This document shows positions 1 through 12,367 of a stretch of DNA of 64,000 bases, piece by piece. A model generated the notes under the pieces. It worked only from the letters and a program-made list of their open reading frames with translations, did not search any database and had not been told where the DNA came from. Origin of the DNA: Octopus vulgaris (taxonomy: Eukaryota); the NCBI GenBank assembly GCA_951406725.2, contig OX597815.1, forward strand, positions 144,832,001-144,896,000, in the 5' to 3' direction. How positions within the stretch are numbered: the first letter of the stretch is position 1; every line of letters starts with the position of its first letter. The position numbers and the translations under genes were made by a program.

Positions 1-1636
1 ACAGCAAATTGGATTCTACATTACTATCTTTTGTCTTTTACTTGTTTCAGTCATTGGAATGTGGCCATGCTAGGGCACTGCCTCGAAGAATTTTTGGACG
101 AATGATTTGACCCCAGCACTTAGTTTTTTTTAAGCCTTGTACTTATTCTATTGGTCTCTTTTGTTGAATCGCTAAGTTACAGTTACAGGGACTTAAACAT
201 GCCAACACCAGTTGTCAAGTAGTGGGTGGGACAAATAGAAGTACAAAGATATTTACAGAGACACACACACACATACATGTACAATGGGGTTCTTACAGTT
301 TCTCTCTATGTTGTATAGTGAAACTGTACACCCCTCCTAGTAAAAAGTGGTAGTAACCAACCATTATAAATAGACCAGTAGCTGGTCGACAGAGAAAGTC
401 AGGAAGGTCAAGAGTATGCGTCGACTGTGTTAATAGTCGTGTCTGTGCTGATATAGTAATCGTACTGTGATACTGAGTGGACGTTATAAAAAAACCAATC
501 TTTTTGAGGATAACACTGTACGACTGGGGGTTGTACAGTGCCAGATAGAACCATTTTATCGACAACTTTGGAATATAACAATATCTATCAGAGCAACAAC
601 CATCATCAAAAGACAGATACAAAAGTGGCAAATGACCCCTTTTCAACAGTCTATCAAATCCACTCACAAAGCTTTGGTCACCCTGAGGCCGTAGTAGACG
701 ACACTTGCCCAAGGTGCCATACAGTGGAGCTGAACCTGGAACCATGTGGTTGGAGAGCAAGCTTCTTACCACACACCCAAACCTACCTTTTATTTTTTTC
801 CATTTTTCAGTCATTGCACTGCAGCCATGCTGGAGCACTGACTTGAAGGGTTTAGTGAAACAGATTAACCCCTGCATTTAGTTATTGTTATTTTTTTAAA
901 GCCTGATGCTTACTCTATTGGTCTCGTTTGCTGAACTGCTAAGTTTCAGGAAAGTAAATAAACCGAAACTGGGAAAGATTCATATATACACACATATATA
1001 CATATGATGGGGTTCTTCATAGTTTCCATCTATAAGACTCATTCACCTAGCATTGGTTGGCCTGGGACTATAGTTGAAGATCTTGACCAAGGCACTGCAA
1101 ATTGGAACTGAACCCAAAGAAGAGAAAGAGCAATAACATATTTACAAACAATGCAAAAATATGAACTCTCTCTCTTTCTCACACACATAGACATATATAA
1201 ACTTGGCTTCTTTCAAGTTTCCTTCTACCAAATCTTCTCACAAGATTTTGGTCAGTACAGGGCTGTAGTAGAAGACATCTGTCTTTGGTGACATGCAGTG
1301 GAACTGAACTTGAAACCAAATGGTTGGGAAGCAAACCATGCAGCCATGTCTTGGAAATATGCATGGCACCTTGGGCAATTCTCTTCTGCTACAGTCCCAA
1401 TCTGAACAAAGACTTGAAAATGATGAGGAGGAGGAGGATGACAATATTCACTTGGTGTTGTAAAGTGGGAAATAATTCATCCATAAACATTTTAAAGAAC
1501 TTAAGAAATTCCTTTACAACCATCAATGTTTCTTCGTTCCAGATAAAGAACTTTTAGATTCAGACACCAGGAAAACTGATAGAGAATTCTAAATTCTTAT
1601 GGCTTAAATAATAATCCTAATTATTTTTATTAACAG

Positions 1637-1826
1637 ATGATTGGCAACTCATTTCGAGGTTATGTTGAGAGTGAGATAGAAGTCGACCTGTTGCTAACTT
1701 ACCACAAACAACAAACTCACAGTTACTGGGGGACTCGACAGTCTCCAAGTCCTGCAAAACCTTCAACTCGCCTTATGTGGAAGTCTCAATATGTCCCATT
1801 TGATGGGATCCCTTTTGTGAATTCAG
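1637..1826 (+). CDS. CARF: CARF exon a ([12 protein letters not shown]...DGIPFVNS), internal exon, phase 0 to 1
   Basis: ttttattaacAG acceptor at 1635-1636, GTAAGA donor at 1827; near-identical to recalled [31 protein letters not shown] segment. Confidence 0.95.
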
Positions 1827-4800
1827 GTAAGAAAAAGAAGAAAAAAAATCTCTTCATATTGAAAATAAAAAGTATCTAATAACTTTTATATGCATAAATG
1901 TAATTAATTTAATTTCCGAAAAATTTTGTAACATTGTCAAAGAGAAGAATGCAAGGAAATGGGATGGCAGTCATGGAGTTTTACAGTGAAGTTTGATGTA
2001 GGGGATTCCCTGTCCAGCCATTTTAGAAGGATGCTTACAACCATTGGAACGAGAGGAAAAGAGCAAAGGGTGGCTGTGCCTAGGATGGGAGAGGCAGAAG
2101 AAAGATCCTTTTGCTGGTTATGGAGCAGAACAGAGAGGAGTTAAGCTGGAAGCCAAGAGGAGATGAGGAGCAGGGATCTAGCCACCTCTGCAGACCCACC
2201 AACAGGAATGTGTTACAGTTTAGGGTTGAAACACTTGATGGTCATTGGATACCATCTGATGACATCAGTTCCCCCTGGCTAAAGTTCCATTCACTTTGGT
2301 GAACGGAAAAGAAGCACCTTCTAGGTGTGTTATCAGTAACATCCTGATGTCAGATGTTTATGGTTGGATGTCCTGCTTTTGCTGATAATCTTTGTCAGTT
2401 TAAGGGAGATCACTGATTATGAATGTTTTAAGAATTCTAGGGCTTTAAGTTGATTAGTGTGAAGGCGCATGGCTTAGTGGTTAGGGTATTCAGCCCCCAA
2501 TAATAAGGTTGTGAGTTCGATTCCTGGCAGTACCTTGTGTCCTCGAGCAAGACACTTTATTTCACATTGCTCCAGTCTACTAAACTGACAAAAATAAGTT
2601 GCACTTGTATTTCAAAGGGCCAGCCTTGTCACTTTCTGTGTCATGCTGAATCTCCCTGAGAACTTACGTTAAGGATACACATGTCTGTGGAGGACCAGAT
2701 GGAATCTTCGTCATGCAACCAATGGAGTGTTGGTAGCAAGTTGATGAGTGTTTACTTCATCATCACCATCATTATCATTTTAACATCCATTTTTCAATTT
2801 TTGCATGTGTTGGATAGAGTTTATTGAGGCAGATTGCCCTTTGATCGAATGCTCTCCCTGTTGCCAAACTTCACTTGTTTTTCAAGTAATGTAATGGTGT
2901 CAAATTTCGGCACAAGGCCAGCAATTTCGAAGGAGGGATTAAGTCGATTACATTGACCTCAGTGTTCCACACATACTTATTTTATTGAATCTGAAAGGAT
3001 GAAAGACAAAGTCAACCTTGGCGAAATTCAAAGTGAGAACATACAGACCAATGAAATGCTGCTAAGAGCATTTTGCCCAGCGAATTAATGATTCTGTCAG
3101 CTCACTGCCTTTAAGTAAGGTCGAGGATCTATTCCATCCCAATCACAGATCTTTTAATTAATTTTTTTAACTACAGGCGTAGGAGTGGCTCTGTGGTAAG
3201 TAGCTTGCTTACCAACCATATGGTTCCGGGTTCAGTCCCACTGCGTGGCACCTTGGGCAAGTGTCTTCTACTATAGCCTCGAGCCGACCAAAGCCTTGTG
3301 AGTGGATTTGGTAGATGGAAACTGAAAGAAGCTCGTCATATATATATGTATGTGTGTGTGTTTATATGTTTATGTTTGTCCCCCCCCCCCCCCCAACATT
3401 GCTTGACAACAAATGGTGGTGTGTTTACATCCCCGTAACTTAGTGGTTCGGCAACAGAGATCGATAGAATAAGTACTAGGCTTACAAAGAATAAGTCCTG
3501 GGTTTGATTTGCTTGACTAAAGGCGGTGCTCCATCATGGCCACAGTCAAATGATTGAAACAAGTAAATGAGTAAACAGTTTGAATCTTCGAATACTGGTA
3601 GAATTTCTCACATAGAACATGGTTTACTGTGTACATTTTTAACAAAATTTTGTATCTTAGAAGTTATTTTGTGTTAAAGTTGTCGTATTTGGGTAATTTC
3701 AATCAATGAACGATGTGTATTTGGTTGGAGAAAGCTACTGCTGTTTGCGATTGTAATCGAAGAGGAACAACTTCCGGATCATCTCTACTAAATGTCACCA
3801 CTCTGTTCTATTCGTATGGTGAGCAAAGACGATGCCACCTTTATCCCTTCATCCTTTCTAGTCAGCACTGTGCATTCCTTACTCTTTCCCTCTCTTCTAC
3901 ACTATCAACTAGCAAACTCCAACCACTTTACAAAAAGAACTTGATCCTTTTTTCTGATGCCAACATTAATCAAGTCACCAAATAAGACGAGGAAAAAACC
4001 TTGGCTGCATGGAGTTGTAGTAGAGAGGAGGGTGGTTTTCATCAGGCAACATGCTGTGCTTGAGGAAACTTATTGAGTCAAGTAAAATCAAAAATCAAAA
4101 TCAAATCATAATCAGAATCACAATCAAATAGAAATAAAAAAGGAAATTGTAGTTGTGGCCAATGCCAGTGCCGCCTGACTTGCTCCCATGCTGGTGGCAT
4201 CCAATAAGCACCATTTATGCGTAGGTCATTGTCAGTGCCGCCTGACTGACTTCCATGCTAGTGGCATGTAAAAAGCACCCACTACACTCACGGAGTTGTT
4301 GGCGTTAGGAAGGGCATCCAGCTGTTGAAACATTGCCAGATCAAATTGGAGCCTGGTGCAGCCTTCTGGCTTGCCAGTTCTCAGTCAAACTGTCCAACCC
4401 ATGCCAGCATGGAAAGCAGACATTAAACGATGATGATGATGATATCCAGCCCAAATATACTGCCTGTTTTATGTTCAGACTAGCTAGATCTTGCCTTTCA
4501 CACCTTCTCTACAATATCATTCTAAACATAAGCAATCACATCTTTGAGATCTCAAAGTTATGAAATAATGCATGATTCATTCAAAATAATATGAATAAAT
4601 AAGCATTACTTTTGACAGTAATAAGAATGCTAAATAGTTAAAGTAATGAAAACAGTGTGAGCAAAAGGTGATGTAGATAAATGAAATTTTACCATTTTTG
4701 CTGCCAGGAAGCCGGGCAATTGTTATGGAATGTCAGTTTGGTCCTCGGAGAAAAGGAAACTTGAAGAAGAAACAAGCTGAACAGAATAATAAAAAACCTG

Positions 4801-7800
4801 AATACACTCAAACCTGTCCTGCTCGGTAATATTTATTCATTTATTCTGCTTCTTTCTTTTAATTTGTAAATGGTATTTATTGTTTTAACACCTCATCCTG
4901 CCCACTCACCCAGCCCAAGCCTCTGTATCACCTCACTTATTCTCACCACCCCCAATGTCCCTTAAGGGCATGTCCCATCATATCTCCTCCATCATTTCTC
5001 TCACTATCACTCTCTTTACATTACTCTCTTTACATACTCTCCAACTCACTGTTCTTTCTACTTTACAGCAAGACCCCTATAACTGTCCCCTCGATACCTT
5101 AAATCTCTCATCTGGCACAAAGCCACACCCACCTCAATACTATTGCCTGCTCCTTCCCAGTTGAGGGTTTTTTTGTCTTACAAGGTACTTGGTGACCCTG
5201 TCAGTACTGATGCCATGTAAAATGCACCCAGTACACTCTATAAAGTGGTTGGCATTAGGAAGGGCATCCAGCCATAGAAACCGTGCTAAAGCAGACAATT
5301 GGAGCCTGGTGCAGCCCTATTGCTTGCCAGCTTCTGTTAAACCATCCAGCCCATGTCAGCATGGAAAACGTATGTTAAATGATGAGGATGATGATATAAG
5401 TAAGGATGGTGGATTGCCAGAATCATTAGAACATTGGACAAAATGCTTTTTGGTATTTCTTTCTGCTTTTTATGTTCATCATCATCATCATTTAATAACC
5501 ATGTTCCACACTGGCATCGGTTGGATGGTTTGACAGGATGCAATGGGTTTGAAGAATGTGTTTTGTTCCAATGCCTACTTTAGCATGGTTTCTATGGGCT
5601 AGAAATCCTTCCTGATGCCAGTTCATGGCACTCATACATACAAGTGTAAGACAAAGATCTCCTTCAACTAAGTGGGGCTAAAGTAGAGGGAGATGATTTT
5701 ATATTAGGGGATGTCAAGTGAGAGTATGAGAGAAGGGGCCAAACAGAACAGCTTTCTTGCTGTTTGGGGCTCCGTGGCTATTCAGATTGAAGAAGAGAAG
5801 GTGTGAGTGACTGGGGTGGTATTAGAAAGAGAGATTAGTTGGAGGAGATGGAGTGTCAATGTGGACCTTCATGATACGAGGTTTACAAAGAAAGTACAGT
5901 ATGTTATGGCATCAAGAAGCCTGGATATGCTTTTATGGTGAACTGCAATCAAAGGACACTTTGATAGTGAAGCCTTTGTTTCTTATCAGCATGGGAAGAC
6001 AAGAAGAAATTTTAAGACTCACATAGCATTAATCTGATCTAAATTAAAACTGGTATCAAAATTTCATGTTTACTTTTGTTTGAAATGCCAGTATAATAAT
6101 GATAAAGTTAGTTTTCTAAATTCTTCATTATTTTCAAAATTAATTGAAAGGACAGCAGTGAATTTTGAGAGAAATAGGGTAACAAAAGGGTTAAAGTGTT
6201 CTAAATTAAAACCTTCCATAAGAAAATGTTAGTTTTATGTTAATAACAACTAAAATATTTCACTAAATTTTCCATTATTTTCAAAATTAATCAAAATAAA
6301 ACCAGTATATTTCAACTGAAATATGGTAAACATAAGGGTTAAATATGGCTGTTTTTTTGCATCTTTTCCAGTTCTTGCAGGACCTCAAGCCAGGGAACTT
6401 GCCTCTACTTATGAAAAAACACAACATTAAAGTTCCTTTTTCTTTACATTTTACAGGATTTACATCAAAAAAGTTAAAAAATTCCCTGAATTTACAGTTG
6501 ATTTAATGCAAGATAAAAGATCATTAAAAATTTCAATGGACAAACGATTTCAAGAATTAAAATCTTCTTGCCTTGAAAACATTGGTCAAGAAAGGTGCGT
6601 CCCATCCTGATTTTATAATTTTTTAATTTTTTATCCTAAGTTGTTGTTTTTCTGATAAGTTTTATCATCATCATCATCATGCTTACTTTTCCATGCTCGC
6701 ATGGTTCAAATGAGCCTACATTAGGAGAAGAGTTTTCTATGACCAGACACCCTTCCTGATTCCAGCTCCCCACTTATTTTCCAAGCAAGGTAATAATTCC
6801 CCACCAGTCTATTGAACAAAAGACAGGTCAGACTTGGTTATACGGAGCACTGGAATCGAAAACAACACCAGTTCAAAGAACCTTTTGTTTCTAAGGATTG
6901 CATGATATGTCAAGAAGCCTGAACATGCTTTTGTGTGGACCACAAGCAAAGGACACTAGTTGTATGAACAGTGAAGCTTTTGCTTACAATCAACAAACAC
7001 ATGTGAAGACTAAAGAAAATAAGACAAATGCTTACATACATGTATACATGTGTGTGTATGGTGCCATGTTAAAAGCACTGGTGCTTGTTCTACCTAAAAA
7101 GCACCCAGTCCACTCTGTAAAGTGGTTGGCATTAGGAATGTAATCTAGCTGTAAAATTCATGCCAAAACGGACAACATAACCGGGTGCAACTCCTGTCAA
7201 ACCGTCCAAACTGATACCAATATGGAAAACAGCCATTAAATGATGATGATGGTTTATGAGTTTCTTCAGTTTCCATCTATCAATTTTGTTGATCAACCCA
7301 ATGCTATAATACAAGATGTCACTCAACTGTGTCTGTGCAGTGGGACTGAACCCCTAAACATAAGGTTCTAAAGTAAACTTAATCACTCAGCCATGAACCA
7401 ACATTAACCAAGACAAGGACATTTGAAATTTGATTTGTTATATAGGGGTTGGACAAAATAATAGAAACACCTTAAAATTTGTTATGATGCTAGGTGTTTC
7501 CATTATTTTGTCCAACCCCTGTATTTCTGGTGTGTCTTTGCTTTAAAAAAAAAAATTGCATTTATTTAGTCTTTTTTTTTTCTCTTTCCATTCAGGTATT
7601 ATGTACAACTGCCCACTGAAAATGCGCATGAGTTTCATGCAGAGAATGTAGAACCAGCCTCACCCAAATACGATACAGCTATTGATTTAGAGCTTGAAGC
7701 CAAAAACAATGCATTGTCCTCCCGGTTACATCCAAGAGTTCAGGATAAAATTCGAGAAATGGTGGCTGCTGGAGAATCTCGTATTTATGTCATTCGCAAA

Positions 7801-10800
7801 CAGTTACGGTGAGTCTAAAATAACAGTTTTGCAAATCTAACACTCCATCCTCATGACCATCACTTAATATCCATTCTCCATGCTGGCATGGGTTGGATGG
7901 TTTGATAGGTGTTGGTTAGGCAGGAACTACCCCAGGCTCCATTATCTATTTGGCCTGGTCTCTATGACTGGATGCCATTCTTAATACCAACTACTTTGCA
8001 GTGTATACTGGGTGCTTTTTACATGGCATCAACACCAGTGCTTTGGAGCTGTATTTTTGTGATCCTTTCTAAGAATTCGCGTAAGAGTCCGATGTTCCCT
8101 ATCTGAAAGTTTTAGCTTTCTTCCAGAGTTTTGTTTCGATGAGGGTTTTTTTCCCTCTTTCTCAAAAGCTGTCATTACTTTCGAGACAGTACTTCTTGAT
8201 ACACCAAACATTTCAGCTGTTTTCATTATGCTTGCGCCTGCCATACAAGCACCAACAAAGTGCTTTTTGTAGACCAGGGTTGGGGAAACGTTTTAGTGCG
8301 GTTGGCAAAAATTTCCGAAGAAAAAGGTCCACCGGCGCATCACAAGTTCTAACTCATATCTGTGTAAATCTTGTATATATCTATGTAGAATTTGAGACAC
8401 ATTAATAATAAGTTTAAGACATTAAATTAACACAACATTTTCATTAACGCTACCACTGAATTTAGGACGTTTATATTACTTATGAGGTTTCTATATTTTT
8501 CAGCTAGAGTATAGTTGGGTCTCAAGGAGGTGGTACAAACACATCAATATGTGTTTTATAATGAAAGCAAAATTTCCATTCAAATGGCAATTACTGGACA
8601 ATTTCTGTTCAGGTCTGACCATTTTATGTCGTAATGGAAACACAATCTATGTCGCAAGTAGGCATATGAATATTGTACAAATTTTATAATTGAAAAATTT
8701 ATATTTTGTACATACAAGTATACCAGCCTGTGGGCGCAATAAAATGGGCTCACGGGCGCAATTGTGCAAGCAGGTGGTAGTTTCCCCAGCCCTGCTATAG
8801 ACGAATGGCATTTAAGTTTGTGACTTGTTTCTCTGGAAATTTGTTTAATGCATTTGTATCATGTTACATAAATTTCAGCTCTTCAGATATTAAATAAACT
8901 TAGTCAACCCTAACCCTGCTGGGGCTACAGTAGAAAACATTTTCTCCCGGTGTCATGTAGCAAGGCTGAATCCAAAATCATGTTATTATAAAGCAAACTT
9001 CTTAACCACACAACCACACCTGTATCAAGTTAAAGCTTGTTTGCATCTTATTGTCCATATATGGTAAAAGTTGTATCTTTTGTAAAATTGTTTCTCAGTA
9101 TTTATCATCACCCTCATCATCAAGGCTCAGACAGATTTTGTTGAGGCACATCTTCTATGACTGACTGCTCTTATTGCCAACCCTCACCTGTCTCCATACA
9201 AGGTGATTTTCACCATAGTTCTTTGAGCAATAATGGCACAATGGCCAGACATGTTTTCACGCAAGGTTGCAAATGAACAAAATTGCTTGTATCTTATATT
9301 TGTTTCAGTCGTTAGGCTGTGGCCATGCTGGAGCACCACATTGAAGAGTTTTTAGTCGAATGAACTGACCCCAGGACTATTTTTTTAACAGCCTGGTACT
9401 TTTTCCATCAGTCTCTTTTGCAGAACTGCTAAGTTATGGGGATGTAAACAAACCAACACTGGTTGTCAAGTGGTGGTGGAAAACTAACACATACACATGT
9501 AGATATATACATATGTATTTGACAGGCTTCTTTCAGTTTCCATCTACCAAATTTACTCAGCAGGCTTTTGTTGTCCTGTGGCTATAGTAGAAAATACTTG
9601 CCTAAGGTGTTACACAGTGGCACTGAACACAAAACCATATGGTTGAGAAGCAAACACAGCCACAGTGCATAATGTGAATAGGAGGCATGCATGCTTACAA
9701 AATAGACAATAAAACAAGCAATGACGATGAATCACAAGGAAGGTTTTAGAACCCTCTTCATCTGGGCAAGTTTGCCTGCTGTCCATCATGATCTTGTCAA
9801 GCATTCAGGAAGTTAGTAGAGCAATATCCTCTTGCATACAGAGCTGGATGGCCAACCCTTGTATATCTTTGTCAGGAGAGGCCATAGGAGTTTGTTACTT
9901 CTATGCTTAGAACTCCAGCAATGTCGTGTAAAATGCATGCATCACCCTCTAACAATGTCAGTGATTGCAAAAAGGCAGCCATGCAATGTTTGTTTTTCTT
10001 TTTGTTTGATCTCTGGAGTAATGTCACTCAACAGAGTGCATAGCTCGGAGATCGGAGACTCTTTCCATGTTGAGCCACTAATTCTCTGCATTGATAGGTC
10101 ACAACTCTAGTACTATGGACATGTTTTAGATATTGCAGGAAAGAATCATAAGACAGATTCTTCAAACTGAGCCAACTGGCAGGAGACCTAAGGATGGAAC
10201 CAGAAGAAGATAGTTAGATAATATCCATAATTTCAGTTAGTGATATTTGGGAATCCATCTGGAAATTTTGATTCCATCTTGGGAATCCATCTGGAAAGAT
10301 GGTTCCGACAGGAACCTATGGAGGAAGTGCCATAGGACTCTACTTCAGTAACCCTCCCAGAAATAGTGAGTAACAGATGGATGGATGGAGGGAGGGTTTT
10401 ATTATTTAGAAACCTGTAACCAAATTCACTATTGTTCACAAATTACAATATCATCATCATCGTTGTTGTCGTTTAACGTTTGCTTTACATGCTGGCATGG
10501 GTTGGATGGCTTGACTGAGGACTGGCAGGCCAGGAGGCTGCACCAGGCTCCAATCTGATCCGGCAAGGTTTCTACACCTCGATGCCCTTCTTAATGCCAA
10601 CCACTCCGAGAATGTAGTGGGTGCTTTTTAGATGCCACTGGCATTGGAGCCAATCAGGCAGCACTGGCATTGACCATGCTCGAATGGTGCTTTTTACGTG
10701 CCACTGGCACAGGTGTTATTTAGGTGGCACTGGCACCAGTCAAAAAAAATAAGCACGTATATTTATCACTTTTTAAAGTTATTTCTACAGATTGTCTGTA

Positions 10801-12327
10801 GAAACTAGAGCCAGCACTGAAAGTTACGACATTTCGTATACAAATATGTCTATGTAAACAATGTGATCAAAGATGAAAAATAGGTAATTGGTGTATATGC
10901 ATATTTCAGGTGTTCTTGCTCCTTCTTCAATATCACATCCAACTCATTAACCATCCACAAACATATTGCTTAAATAACTACTAATATTTAGCTGTGTAAC
11001 ACAATTGGATTTATTAATTTTAAATATTAAACACATTCCTGACAACTGGTATGTACTTATTAATTGCAGGTGGGTTGGGGCACCATATTTTGTTATACAA
11101 CCATAATATACTACCAAGTATATTAAAGGCTTACAAGTCAACAATGTGTCCTACCTGTGTTAGAAGTGCAATTCAGTCACTTTTTGAAACTTATCTTTAC
11201 AAGTTTTCTGTAGCGAGAGCCAGCACTGATGTATATATATATTTATATATATATGACTGTGTGAGAAAGTATGATGAGTTTTACTTTATTGTAATCTGAA
11301 ACTTTCAGGAATTTTGTAACCAAAGAATTGTACCCAGGGAATCCTGATAACAGTCCTGAACGCCATGATCTCACACTCTTTCCTACTGTTAACGATCTGA
11401 AGAATCACATCCATCAAGCTCTCAAAGACATCGGAACTGGGAAACTTCCTTATACTTCTCCTGCTGTAAGCTTTTTTCTTTGTTTGTTTTTTTTTGCCTT
11501 GTCATTCATCATCATCATCATCATCAATGTTTTAATATCCATTTTTCCATGTTTCATTGAGAAAGATTTTCTTTGGCTGGATGACCTTCTCCTATTTCCA
11601 AACAAGGTAATAATGCCTTGGTCTGTTGAACAGCAGACGACTCCAGACATTGTTCTGAGTCGCTTTTTTGTTTACAAAGATCACACACAACATGTCAAGA
11701 CAAGTTAGGAAGCCTGGACATGCATTTGCAGTTGACTGCAAGCATATGACATCATCAATATTTGATAACCAGGCAGTTGTGTTTTGTTTACAGTCAGTAA
11801 ACATGTAAAGACAGGAGGAAGTATGCAATCACTCACACAAAACACATGCATATATCATCATCATCATCATTATTGTCGTCGTTGTTCACTGTCTGTTTTC
11901 CATGCTGGCATGGGTTGTACAGTTAGACAGGAGCTGGCAAGTTGAAGGTCTGTACCAAGCTCTATTGTCTGCTTTGGCATGGTTTTGTAGCGAACTCAAG
12001 TGAGTCAGTGGGGTTGTGGTAGATATGTGAGTGCATTGCTTCCCAACTACAAGGTTCTGGGTTCAGTCCCTTTGCATGGCACCTTGAGAAAGTGTCTTCT
12101 ATGTTGGTTTCAGGATTTGGTAGACGGAAACTGAAAGAAGCTGAATGTGTGTGTCTGTTACTATCTCTTTGTCTTGACTTAGCATGATACTTGTAAAGAC
12201 TGAAGAAACCAGCTTCCCGACCACATGGTTATGGGTTCAGTCCCACTATGTGGAACCTTGGGCAAGTGTCTCCTACTATAGCCTTGAGCTGATCAAAGCC
12301 TTGTGAGTAGATTTGGTGAAAGAAACC

Positions 12328-12367
<40 letters not shown>

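Noticed and set aside
293-877. 194-aa ORF
   Set aside because: Spans SINE fragments and a possible small TIR element (~323-541); no splice or family support
1637-1639. ATG at 1637 as the CARF start codon
   Set aside because: It directly follows a polypyrimidine/AG acceptor and aligns to an internal position of vertebrate CARF; upstream exons are likely outside the window
3176-3250. tRNA genes at SINE heads
   Set aside because: A and B boxes are present but there is no complete cloverleaf, and each continues into a SINE body
9690-9775. Hammerhead on minus strand (ccAGATGAagaggg)
   Set aside because: First box mutated and no GAAA/UH or stem I partner found
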